Positions 26,141-38,905 of a stretch of DNA of 64,000 nucleotides are shown here, piece by piece. The stretch's first letter is position 1, and each line of letters opens with the position of its first letter. The DNA is taken from NCBI RefSeq assembly GCF_000181795.1, contig NW_003526941.1, positions 3,869,348-3,933,347 on the forward strand. Direction: 5' to 3'. A program made the translations under genes and the position numbers. The notes under the pieces are model-generated. The model searched no databases, was not told the DNA's origin, and saw only the letters and a list, made by a program, of their open reading frames with translations. The DNA comes from Trichinella spiralis. Lineage: Eukaryota.

Positions 26141-29064
26141 ATGATTGATTATAGATTGAAGTTTAAACTTACATTAGTAATAACAACAGCGATGACGATA
26201 ATAATTTACCACGCGGTTGCAGGATCGGATTTGCAGTTGTCTTCAGCAATGAAATGGGAAAATTCCTGCTCCACAAACAGTCCGCTAATCAAGAAAACTG
26301 CATCAGTTTTATGCCCCAATACCGGTGCTTGGATACAAGCCGGACAAATTTGCGACGGTCGTACTCACTGTAGTGGAACCCGAGCCGACGAGCTGGCCTG
26401 CGTGCGCGACGTCCACATTAGCAATGCATCGCAGGAGCCGGGCCAGCCGATCGCCGTGCAAGCATTCGTGAACGCGTTGGGCTGTTGGGCGCCTCTGTGC
26501 AACAGTGAAAATCCGCTAATCTCACTGCTGCTTTGCCGAAGTGTAGGCGCGGCCGTACCGTCGAGTTCGTTTCCTTTGGCAAATGTCCAACTCAGGCCGG
26601 CAGTGAATGTCAACAAGCTTCAGTGTCATACCGATGAAGACCGGGATTTTCAAAGCTGCCTGGCCAACAACGCTGCCGAAGCGACTCAGCTTCTCGTCTG
26701 TTCCAAATTGTTCGGTTTGCACTGCATGAAAAAGTGTGAATTTGCTCTCCAAAAACGAAACGGCACTTTGAAGAGTGTAGGATTTCCAAGCGTTCAACTG
26801 CCAAATTTAAATTGTCGTTGGAATCTGACCGCTCCGGACAATCACGTTATTGTTGTACACTTCAAACATTTCAACGTACACCCGGATGACAGCCACGAGT
26901 GCAAGGAACAAGGCTACGTCGAGCTCGGCTTCAAAGATACGAACAACACTGTAAAACTTTGCAAACTGGAAACACTGCACAAGAAATATACAAGTTTGAC
27001 AAATTCCATGTGGATTCGACACGTCAGCGCAGATAAACCTCTGCGCAATCCTGGTGCGCAGGGATTCCTACTTCGATTCGAAGTCGTCGCTATGGAAACG
27101 GACCTCGGCCAAGGTCCGCTTAAGTCGACCAATGCCCAGCTAACTCCAACAATGATCACAATTATTGCAGTAGCAACGGCAATGGTGATCAGTGTGATTG
27201 TACTGATAATTGCTTCAGCGCCTCAATTCAACCGCAAGCTGCGCAACAGACGCACTTTCAGTCAACAAATGACAACACGTCAAGCAACCATGGAAGGGGG
27301 ATCGTTGGTTCAGCTTCATTGGAACAATCTGACAAATCCCACTAGAAAGGTATTCTGTCCCGATTGCCAATCTTCGTACACCAGCAGCGGTGAATTTTGC
27401 CCTCATATGCAAACTCTGGTCAGCTTCATGCGTTCTCCAAATGAAAAGTAACCATACCATTTTACCTTGAAATTATTTAACACATTCCTCGCGTTGCGAA
27501 TTATTATTTTTTTTGTTAAGAAATTCACTGTCAGAGATGTTGAAATGCCATTTCCAAAGATTCAACTCCGATATACCAGTCGACGTGAACAACAACAATA
27601 ACGTAGTCACCACAGTCAGCAGTGCAACAATTGATCTTGATCAAATGTATTCTGGAGCCAGTCTGATGGTGCACGGTTCTAGCCTGAGCGTACCGAATCC
27701 CAAGCTAATCCACTGCCAGTCAGGAGATTTGAACATCACATACACGGAAACTGGTTCCAAACAATGCAGATCTTGCACAATGACAAGCCTCAGTGAAAAG
27801 CAGGCATGCAATATTGTGAAGGAAATTTTACAAATGCCACAGCATTCAAGCAAAAACAACAAGTTAAAGCAAGATCTGCGCATCGGCACGCATCATCATT
27901 TTTCCTCCGACCACAATCACAGCGATGACGCACACAAATTGGCAATTGTCAAGCGCAACTGCAAACGTAAGATGCAATCGCCGGTGAACTCTTTGGTCGA
28001 CAATTTGCACAGGCTAACCATAATCAAAGCGAAACGGAAAAAACGTTCCTATACACAAGAGATCAACATCAGTGCATCCTTCACGACGAACCGTCGGTCG
28101 ACAGAATCTGGTAAATTATTCATTCATTTAAATATAAAAAATTATTTCAATTATTCAAAAACAATGAGGCTAAAACTAAAGACTGAACTGAAAAATTTCT
28201 TTTTAACTTATTACGCAATCTTACGAACAGTGGATTTCCTTTTTGATTTTTCTTTTGATGAAGTTGATAATGGAATTGGCTAAAACGTCGAAATGATCGT
28301 TCAGATCCTTAAAATTCTCGCAAATTGACATAACTTCTCGCCTCTGAAATGGAAGACTACAATGAGAAATTATCTCAAATTATTATTGTAAATATCAGAT
28401 TATAATTTATTTGAACATATACTCAGATAGCGATAGAATTATTCAACGGAGTTCAAATGATACAAAAGTGTAAGAAAGTACAGTATCTCATATTACTGTT
28501 TACCACTACTACAATATTTATTTAATAACCATGCCAATTATGTTTATTGCGAATAAAATTAAGTTTCGCATAAATGTACAAGCAAATTATTAAAAATGAC
28601 ACTGAACGTTTCACAAACCTGAAACAGAAATTATTTAACAGTATCCTTAAAGTATTCATAACAAAACGCAGGTACAATAGTTTTATAGCGAAACGCAAAA
28701 AAAAAGAACATTAAAAACGAAACATAACACGATATTTTCATTTTCACTAAAGAAAAAAATTTTTTTTTCCGCAGATGCAAATTTGACTACTTTTGTTGAG
28801 CAAAGCTATTGGAAACCACCATTTTTGGATCCGAACTGTCACAGTCATTCCACTTTGTCCGTCTGTGGACTGTGTCATGGTAATAATACAACAGAAAGTT
28901 GCTACTATCCAACTCGAAGCGTCAGTCGATCCATGTCAATTTCGTCGAATCTATTATGCGCCGGTATTGGACCCCCGATGCTCAGCAGCACTCAACAACC
29001 AATGCCAGAACAGAGCACTATTGTTGGAAGCGTTCCGTCAGTTTCATTAAGCGAACCAAAATAA
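26141..29064 (+). CDS. Single-pass membrane protein with LDLa-like, Cys-rich (SRCR-like) and CUB domains and a long cytoplasmic tail
   Basis: LDLa-like CPNTGAWIQAGQICDGRTHCSGTRADELAC; CUB CEFALQKRNGTLKSVGFPS...CRWNLTAPDNHVIVVHFKHFNV; TM MITIIAVATAMVISVIVLII. In-phase splicing to exons 27521-28110 and 28775-29064. Exact start codon uncertain. Confidence 0.75.
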
Positions 29065-29423
29065 GCCAAGCAATAAATTAAAAACAGTATTCATTTTTCA
29101 AATTCAGAAAAAACATCATTATTATAATTAAAAAATAGAACAAACATTTGCTATTTTGTTAATATTATAATATGTTTAATAATCAACTGAATATATGGAA
29201 TAAATAATACATTATTTATGTGGAAAAAAATGATTACTGCTGAAGACGATGGCAACAAATAATCTCATATACATTAACAAAACAAAAAACTGAACTAAAT
29301 TTTCAGCAGTGTAGCAGACTTTTGAAACTATAATAACTGATATAAAATTTACGTGGAAAACTGTAAAAGTGATAGTCAAGTATCATGAAGAAAACAAGCC
29401 ACTTATCATCATTAAATCGACAG

Positions 29424-30933
29424 TCAGTTTTTCGGCGCATTATCATCATTCTCCCCGTCTTTACCGTCATCTTTGCGGTTGCCTTGTGTGCCATCTTTTT
29501 TTGCATCTTCGTCGCTCTTCTCATTACCAGATTGCTGACTGCCGTTGGTATCTGGTCTGCGGTTGTCGAATTCCCTCCGTAACAGATCGGCAAAACTTGG
29601 ATGCTGCTGCTGTATGATACTGGCCAAACGTTGACTACTGAAACATTATTGTAAATAAATAAACTTTTATAGGAATAAAGAAAATCCATACGCTTGTAAC
29701 AAATCGTACATGTCTGTTGGACTTGAAGTGAATCCCTCGCTATTTCCCATAATTGATGACATACTGAAAATATTTATGCAATAAACAAATAACCTGTATA
29801 AATACAAGGAGGAAAACCGAAAACCACTACTACACATTACTCACAATTCACGCATCGGAGGTTGCTCCATTATGTTGCTTAAAACATTAAAAAACTCTGG
29901 ATTGTTAACCAGTGTACTCAGTTCTGGAAAAAATCCTCTCATCGTCGGATTCGAATTCCCTTGGTTTCCTGGATTCCTCAACCGTTCTTCAGCAATATTC
30001 AAGTTGTTGATAAAACTTTCATTGTCAGGATCCAACTCCAACGCCTTTTTATATGCATTCACAGCCTCAGTGAACCGATTCATACAAGAATAAGCTAATC
30101 TGAACAAACAAATAAACAATGAAAAATAAACAGTTCCCCCATTTTACCAAAAGGCTTTCATTTTACCCTAGTCTACCATACGCTTTTCCGTAATTCGAAT
30201 CCATTTGAATCGCCTTCAAACAGTCTTGAACTGCCATTTGATGACCTTCCAATTTGCTGAACGCAGCAGCGCTGTAAAAATTGAAAAACAAACTTATAAA
30301 GAACTTACAAATCTTTCTTACGGAATATAACTTTACAAATTTTACAATTTAACTAATACATAGATCATTCAAAAAGTTTATATGCATATATACATATGAG
30401 AAAATAATTTTCACACATTACCGATTGCAAAAGAATGTTGGATTTTTAAACAACTTGATGGCTTCGTTGTATTTTTCCAAAGCTTTTCGAAATTCCCCTT
30501 GTTGCATCAGCAGATTGCCTTCGGCTTTTAACTGCTCTGCTTTTTCTTTATCAATCGGAGTCGGATTAGACGAAGCCTGAAAATGGGATAGTTATAATAT
30601 GAAACAAAGAATTAGAGATTTAAATTGAAAACCTTTTTCCCTAATCCGTCGATATAAATATCATACAAATCTTTATCTGGATAAACATCAGCATCTTCAA
30701 CGCTAATATTAAATATATTCTGAAGACATCGACATGCCGCTAGAAAAACAAAAGAAAAAATGTAACCGAATGTAAAAAATAACAACAAAAACCTATTGAT
30801 GATCATAACCATGACAACAGAACGTACTTTCAATTATTTCGCAGACGTCAGATGGATAATCAGAGGTGTAGACTTTTCGTCTGAGATAGTTTATTATTGC
30901 CAAAATCAAACCTTTGTCCACCTCGTTACTCAT
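29424..30933 (-). CDS. SGTA: Small glutamine-rich TPR-containing co-chaperone (SGTA/Sgt2-like), multi-exon
   Basis: N-terminal dimerisation-like region (LILAIINYLRRK...IEIACRCLQNIFNI). TPRs AEQLKAEGNLLM...FFCNR|AAAFSKL...YGKAYGRL|GLAYSCMNRFTEAVNAYKKALELDP, then NNPEFF and QQHP. Confidence 0.85.
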
Positions 30934-31940
30934 CTCGCAAACAACAACAACAATGAACTCACAAGACTGTACGCTACTAAATGAAAAGCACAACAACCTG
31001 CATATCATTAACCTCGGCGAAAATAAATATTAAAAAGTTAATAACGAAAGCAGTTAATACTTATTAAATAATTTTATAATTAAAATTGCATTATATAAAA
31101 AAGTATGTATATTTTTTACAGTGAGAATAATTGAAATAAGCAAACAACAATTGCAAGTATATACAACTGCACATGAAAGGATCAGAAAAAAAATGTAATT
31201 GTTTTATTATCCTTATACTAAAAGGTAACTTAAAAAACATCATTTTAAAATATGCTTTACAATATAATTACTCAGGAACTGCTTTTCTAAATATGCATTC
31301 ACAAAAACATGTACAGTAAACATACAGTAACCTACATTACACGTTTAAATGTTATCCAGCACGTTCATTTGCTCATAAAATGATTATTACTTCAATTCAA
31401 TCCAAATATTGCTTTTAAAACAGTAAATTTTTAACAACAGAACATTAAGAATTTATAAATTCACCATGTAAAATAAAATTATACGCAATTCAGATCGATG
31501 ATCTTACTCTTTCAACTCTTATGCATGGCTTCATTTTAAAATAAAAAATTATATTTGTATACAAACGGCCATTTTACAAATTTCATAAAATTACTTTAAA
31601 ACTGAAAAATCAGAATCAGTCAATTTTCCAAGTCTGGTCAAATGAAGAAATTTTTAATTCAATTTAATGTAATAAATGATTTCCACATTACTTCGATAAA
31701 GCTAAATGCATATATAAAAATAAATAGACTATACTGGATTAGAAGTTTCATTAGACTGTACAAAAATTTACCAAGCATTTCTAATATATAAAATAAAAGG
31801 TGTATTTTATTAGAGAAAATTATTTTCTTCCATTGAAGAATAATGAATCACGCATCATGATGGTCAAACTGGAAAAAGGTATAAGATACAGAAAAATAGT
31901 TTTCATTCAGCTTCACAAATATGCTACCGCACATGTTTCG

Positions 31941-34900
31941 CTAAAATAACTGAAATTCAGTAAAAGAATGGCTGTGCTCCGAATGGCCATTGGAAGTATA
32001 CTGCAAATCAACGCACATACAACTGAAAATAAAACAACACACTTGATTACAGGAAATAAAATAATATTTAAAAAAATACAGTTCTACCGATTTTCTTCTG
32101 TATTGCGTTTGAATTCAATGGAACCTTGAATTACATCACTTTGTTCAACCTGAAACGGTTTCACGTACAAAACAGTCTGCAGCCAGTGTGTAGGTCTAAA
32201 ATAAATGAAACAATTCCCATTTTCAGCGGAAAATCAAAGCCAACATCTCAAAAGCATAAATAAGAGATGTTTAAATAATAAATAAAAAAATTACGATAAA
32301 ATAAATGAATAAATAAATAAATAAATGCAAAAAATTTGCTGTGGATCTAATAATCGAAACTCACGCTTCGAATGGTGCAGTGTCAAGTTCCACTTGAGCA
32401 GGAAACAAGGCGTTGAACCAAATGCAAAAGCCAAAAACATCACCTCTGCCAATGCATTCACAACTGAATTTGCCCTTTAAAAACAACCAATTAATTAAAA
32501 GTTTAATTGAGAAAATTGAAATTTCGCCAACTTACTTTCAATGATTGTAAATCTTCTTCTTGAACAGTTCTCAGGTCAAGTTCGAATAATTTCGCTTGAA
32601 TACCCATCACTTCTTCAGGAGCGATGTCATGGCAAACCATCTTACCTAACGGTCAAACAAAAAATCCATATATGCACACAGCAGTGACCCCAATACAATA
32701 CTGTTCGATAAATCTTAATTTCGACAATTTTTGACTCCAAAGTTCAAAATATAAGAACCCAGTAACACCATTTACTTGTATTTTGCTACAACCTTAGATG
32801 TTGCGTTGCAAATTTTCCTAATAAAAAGTGTAACATCGAAATGAAATAATAAAATTAAATGTAGTATTCCTTTGTTTGATCACTCTGCTAGTTTTTTCAT
32901 TCACTAAGAGTAAATAAGAGTTGAGAATAAAATTGTAATAATCACGGAACAGTGATATTATTTTTCCCTGCTAATAAGAGTGTGCAAATTCCGACTGATG
33001 CAGTGTTAATGTGAAATAATTAAAAAAGAAAACCATTTGCTTTTTAGTGATAATAAATTTAGATGGATAGAAAATTTTACGATATGAAGACGACAGACAT
33101 GAAAATAGAAAATTTTACGTTCGTTTTCAGACATTCAGCAGCAATTGCATAACTGAATTTGTTGAGATATTAACAACAATAGCAATTGAATGATAGCAAC
33201 AGTTATAGAAGCGAATAAATGATAACAATAATAATATTATGAATAAAAGTATGACAAACAATTGAACAAGTGCAAATGTGTGTGTGTATCCAAATAACAG
33301 ACGTTCGACAGCTTCGAAAAAGCTCACAATGGTCTTGTGTCTAATTTTCGTCACCTTTGACGGCTTGAATTTCGATGATTCTTCAGAAGCAAACAACATT
33401 CTCATAACTTTTCTCTTGCAAAATAACCAGACGCAAAAATGAAAATTCCCATTCAACAAATGATATGCAAAAAAAGAAAGAAAAAGACAGGAAGGGAGAG
33501 GGAGAAACAGAAAAGATGAAGAAGAATTTCCAAGTTTTGGCATTCAAAAAGGGAATCGATGCAAATTAATCAACTTCAACAAACAGCAATCATATGCCTA
33601 CCTCACAACTTCCTCGTTTGCAAAGATGTCACCTGAAAAGCTGAGCAATATCGAAGGCGGAGCGCAGCAGAAAACACAAACGCAAATTCGATAAACGAGA
33701 TAAGCATAAACCCGTAAACAAAAAAGAATATATAAATAAACAAATATGGTATTTATTGACAAAAATTCATTGAAAACAAACATTTATTCAATATTCAAAT
33801 TTATCACCATTTTCTTTCCTATTTCTATAGAGCAATGTTTTTATTTTTCGAAAAAGATTGCTCTCTTGAAAATTCCTTTATTATACTTACTTATCATGTT
33901 ATTGGTTTATAAAGAAAAAAATTGAATTATCAGAAAATCCAACAAACTGCTGAAAAGTTCAAGTGAACAGTTTGTTCATTCATTCAGCGTAGTATAATGT
34001 TTAGAAGAAATCTAAAAAAAATACTACAATGCTCAATTGGATTAATTGTTCAATGAAAATGGTATATCACTAGGCGACTGGGAAACAAAATGCTTAATTC
34101 CAATTCAAACTAAAGCCTACAACACCAATAATGGATGAGAAAGTATCGATTGAGAAAAGAAAAGAATTTCGTCGAAAAATTATTCAAAATACCTCTCATT
34201 CAACACCAATACACGGCATAGAAAAGCTTGGGAAAAAATAAGATAATATTTCAAATTTTTCACCATTGTGCATTTGTGATGTGATTTTATCGAGCTTATC
34301 GATGCTTGAAGAAAAAGAAAGAAAGAAGAAACAAACTTTTCATTGGTACAAAAATACACCGCAAAAGTGATGCTAATTTATTTAACTACTTATTTACTTA
34401 TTTATTATAATTTAAAAAAAACTATATGAAAAAATTTTTTTTCTTTCATCAAGTCAAAAATCAAATTTGTTTGTGAAAGCGCAAACAAACAATTGTTATT
34501 GGATTGAATTTCATCCAGCTCTTTGAAATTCAACTTCTCTCTCATCGTATCTTTCTCTTTTGGTCTCGCTCAAGCAGACAATTCAACTATCGCAGCTTCG
34601 TCTTGATAGGCTGCTCCTACTTTATTGATTGTAAAATAAATAATGAGGAAGGAATTTTTCAAATTACATTCAATTAAATCACTGCAACACTGTTAATTAT
34701 AAAACAGGCCGATGATTGCGTCAACAAATATTAAAAACAAGCTAAACAAATAATAAACAAACATGCGTATATTAGCATTTATGTACTTAATATTATGCTT
34801 TTTTTCTGTTATTTCTATTTCCTTCGCTACAATATTTGCCATTATGGATAAAATTAAATATTCAGTGATTGCAATCAAAATAGCAGCACTAAATAGTAAG

Positions 34901-37900
34901 TGAAAAAGGCAAAGATTGAAAAAGTTTCTTAACAATCTACGTCGCCGTTTCTGAGCCGGCTAAAAGAAAAAGACAAAGCAGAAGAAGAAGAAGAAGAAGA
35001 AGCCGTCCTTTTCAACAAACAGAACTGAAATTGGGCGGAGTCAACAGAGGTCCAACCAACATCCGTTCCAACAAGCCAAAATTCTCTTTCCAATTCGATT
35101 CTCACTGACGGCCGGTTGACGAGCTCGCAACAAGTGCAAGCAATTCAAGCAAGTTGGGCAAAAGTCTCATTTCATAAGCATACCTCACATACTCACACAC
35201 ACGAGTGCACGTACACACACACACACACACACACACACGCATATATACACATGTCCATATGCATATGTATTTATACATATGTAAATGCTCATGTGCATAG
35301 ATTATATGCATATTTTGGAAAAAAAGGATCATCATAATCATCACGAATAAAATATTTTTCTATAACTGTTAAAGTGAAAAGTGCAATTCTAGAATTGGTT
35401 ATCACTGGAAGATCACGTATACATATATATACATAACCACCGAAAGTACACAGCAACAGCGGTGGCAGTAAAAACAGCAACAACAAAAGCTGACAGAGAG
35501 AGACAGAGAAAGAAGACGAGATACAACAACCAGACACACGCGTACGCACAAACATCGACACTATCGACTCAAGCTTGTTCAAGAAAGCCAATTTCAAACA
35601 AAGCCGCTTAATTGGCTAGCCAAAATTAATTGGCTGGCCAGTAAGTTCGCCAGAACCAAGTGGGCAACTTTAATTGGACACTGCCAGTGCCAACACCTCT
35701 GAAAAGCAGAAAACCCTCGTCCATCTGTGCATACATATATGCATATGGTAACTGTAAGTATTGAAAAGAAGAAAAAAACAACAACAACAATAGCCACAAA
35801 CAAACAACCCGACAATGTCGAGGTTAGTTGAAAATTTCAGCTCCAATAATAACATGGTACCGTTGTTGGCGTTGAAACTTCTGATCGCCGGTATACTAAT
35901 TGCTTGCCCCTGCCGAGGGTTAATTTGCTACATGTGCGCCACCAGCCCCGGTGCATTCGACCACGTAACTACGGACAATTTCCGAATCAAAGTGGATTTA
36001 CGCCTGCCGTTCTGCCGTCGATTGGAAACGGTACAATGCGACCGTGATCAAAATGCCTGCCTTTCCATTTTAACTTACATGCCTGAAACGAACAGCTATT
36101 GGCTTGGCAAAGGTTGCACAAAAATCCGTGAACCGTTCGAATCGATCGGCTGCACCAGTTCAAGCACAACACATTTGGAAGCACCAATTGGTGACCAAAT
36201 TTCACAACGCGCTCGTATTTCATCCGGTCAAACAATGCAAGACGTCTGCCTGTGCAATCGCAACTACTGCAACGCAAGCACTCGGGCCAGATTTAGCATC
36301 ACTTTGACAGGTTCGTTAATAATAATAATAATAGCCATATTCCATTATTGGTGTCGAATGTGACGTTGATGCTGCTTGATTTATTATTTGATCCATTCGT
36401 TGCTCAAACTGAACTTGAAATATATACTTCATGAAAATCCGTGCCCACTGTCATCGTTTATACTTAATTAATAAAGCTTTTCATATATTTTGGCTTACTT
36501 ATTATACTTTTGGTCACTTTTTCACTCTTTACTCGCGTATTTTCTTTCTTTATTGTTCTGCTTATTACTGTTATTATTTTCATTGAGTAAATAATTTCAT
36601 TCAGTTATCACTTGAATTCGTTCAAATCAAGCAACCTCAAATTCCCCGGGGAGTAATTGCATAAAACTCTGATAACTAATTCGCTAAGCGGTGCATATTT
36701 GCTTCGCTTGAATTTCAACTTACCGATCATGTTCTCATACTCTTGATGAACCATACGATCCATATCAACACCATACAATTTCATCACGTCGTACCAGGAT
36801 TCGGCTCTGCAAAAAAGCAAGTGAACAAAATTCCATTTTTTGGACGTGCAAACAGTGCCTAGATATGATGAACTGCGTTTGCCCGACAGGAATAATAAAC
36901 ATATGCACTCGTTCGGGAAACATCAAACCATCCTGTTGTACAAAAATCATTAAATTTATGATTGGAATAGTGAAATAAAAATCAAAGAATAACAATCAAT
37001 CCGTAAAAAAAGTATCGCAAATCACCTTGTGAAGCCATCGATTTCGAGCGGAGATCACCGATGGTAACATCCATTCCGTCATCAAACCATAACCCTGCAA
37101 AATTTTCAATGTGCTGTTGTTGTTATTGTAATGTTTTTTAGGAAGCCATCCAAAAAATTGACTTTAAACTAACCATCCATTCGCTGACGATACAATCGAC
37201 CGAGCCTTGCAGTTGTAGTTTCTGAAAATGGACAATTGCGATTGATTGAACAAGTTTCCGCCGTTCTTAACACTGCAACTTAGCATAAATTGAAAACAAA
37301 TCACTTATGACCAAATTTCAATACTTTAAATCTCATCTATTCAATGAGAAGCAAATTGAATAATGAACTCAATGCATCTTCGCGAAAAGAAAGAAAAAAA
37401 ACAATTTCTACATCCTATCTATATCAGCTAAATATTATTTAAATGTCTAAATGGATTTGAAATATCATTTGGAAGAAAATTTAATTAAATTAAATTTTAA
37501 ATGTTACAAAAGATGAAATTATTTATTTCATTTGTAATTCAATCTCTTTTCATTTCAATATTATTATTACTGATAATCGAATATGACTGATGAATTTAAA
37601 ACTGCTTTGAAGAAATATAATTGTGAATATAGAATAACACATGAAACAAATGCAGAAATGGCGTTGTTTCATTTATAGGAGCAGAAGCAGTGCTGCTGCA
37701 GCAGCAGCAATAAGCAAAGTTAAGCCAACCAAGCGTCAGTCAATCGACGCCAGAAGATGAGGCAACATGAGAGATATAATTAAATAGCGTCAATCAACCA
37801 CTTCTGTCTGTTCTTACAATCTCAGTCAAATCAAAACAACACTAGTGTCAAGCGAATTGAACAAATCTTTGAAGTGATATTTTTAGATAAGCTAGTAATA

Positions 37901-38905
37901 AATAGAGAATTTTTTAAAAATCAAAAAACAATTGAATTTAAACATTAGAAAAGAGAAAAACTAATTTCACCACTTTTTGAAATTCAACGACAACTCATTT
38001 AAAACATTAATATATTTTCTTCAAGCAATAAGATCAGAAATATGCGTTTAAACAGCTCTGCAATTTTGTATGATCTGTATAATTTGAAAAAAAGAAATCA
38101 GCATTCAGTTACGAACACTAACAAATGTTGCTTAAGTGAACAATTTAACGCTAATTAAAATACAATTTCAAAGACTCACTTCTACGGGAACGTTGTGTAC
38201 TTGCACTTTGTCCACCATATTGTTGTCAGAAATTATTCTTCTCATATGGTTAACAATATCCGACGCTTCCACTGCGTGGACTGAAAATGCGTTTTGAATT
38301 TAAAAAAAATGCTTTTTTTCAAACAACCCTAATAATAAAGTTTATACCAAGTTTGGCACCAGCTTGACACGCAAACACGGACAGTATACCTGAAAGCAGA
38401 ATGAACATTATCATAATTGCAACGAGATGTCCAAAAGCAAAACAACAGAAAAAAACAATAACTTTACTGCATGAGAAGTAAAATATTTTTGCTTTAATCA
38501 ATAAAATTACACTTTACAAAAAGAACTGAAGCAAACTGCCAAGAAAGCAGTAAAAACATCCCAAATAAATTTCAAGAAAAAAATTAGCACCTGTACCAGC
38601 ACCAACATCGAGAACAACTTTGCCAGATATGAAATTGGAATTTCGTTGCAACGCTTCCCTGTAATGAGAAATATCAGTGTATTTATTATAATTTAGGACA
38701 AACTCACTGATAAGCTTTCGTCCTTCTCGTATCTAAAATCATGTGCAGGTGACATTGTGGATCAGAGTAAGATTCAAAATAGGATTCGTCGTCATCTGTA
38801 AAATAAAAATATACAATTTAAATGAACAATCTGAAACATCACCCAATCAATCAATCAATAACCTGTGCATGTTCGACGCCGCTTCCGAGTCGCTTTCGAA
38901 GTCAT
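31941..38905 (-). CDS. Type I protein arginine N-methyltransferase (PRMT6-like), multi-exon with a 4-kb intron
   Basis: Spliced exons give YFESYSDPQCHLHMILDTRRTKAY, motif I VLDVGAGTGILSVF, AVEAS, double-E loop VDCIVSEWMGYGLMTEWML, LYGVDM and THW loop PTHWLQT. Stop at 31941. Intron 36723-32646 joins in phase (MI-G-KMVCHD). Subfamily call is from recalled similarity only. Confidence 0.88.
35213..35238. repeat. (AC)13 microsatellite
   Basis: Perfect AC run in the large PRMT intron, upstream of the Ly6 gene. Confidence 0.95.
35854..36363 (+). CDS. Ly6/uPAR (three-finger) GPI-anchored protein, nested antisense in the PRMT intron
   Basis: Signal peptide MVPLLALKLLIAGILIACPCRG, then LICYMC...C...C..DQNAC...KGC...GC...CLCNRNYCN and a hydrophobic C-terminus. 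A TTTCAG acceptor at 35835-35840 lies just upstream of this ATG; the ORF also extends to an upstream ATG at 35815. Confidence 0.85.
   Translation: MVPLLALKLLIAGILIACPCRGLICYMCATSPGAFDHVTTDNFRIKVDLRLPFCRRLETVQCDRDQNACLSILTYMPETNSYWLGKGCTKIREPFESIGCTSSSTTHLEAPIGDQISQRARISSGQTMQDVCLCNRNYCNASTRARFSITLTGSLIIIIIAIFHYWCRM

Noticed and set aside
29385..29582. Plus-strand ORF that looks like a small transmembrane protein
   Set aside because: Antisense shadow of the K/D/E-rich last exon of SGTA.
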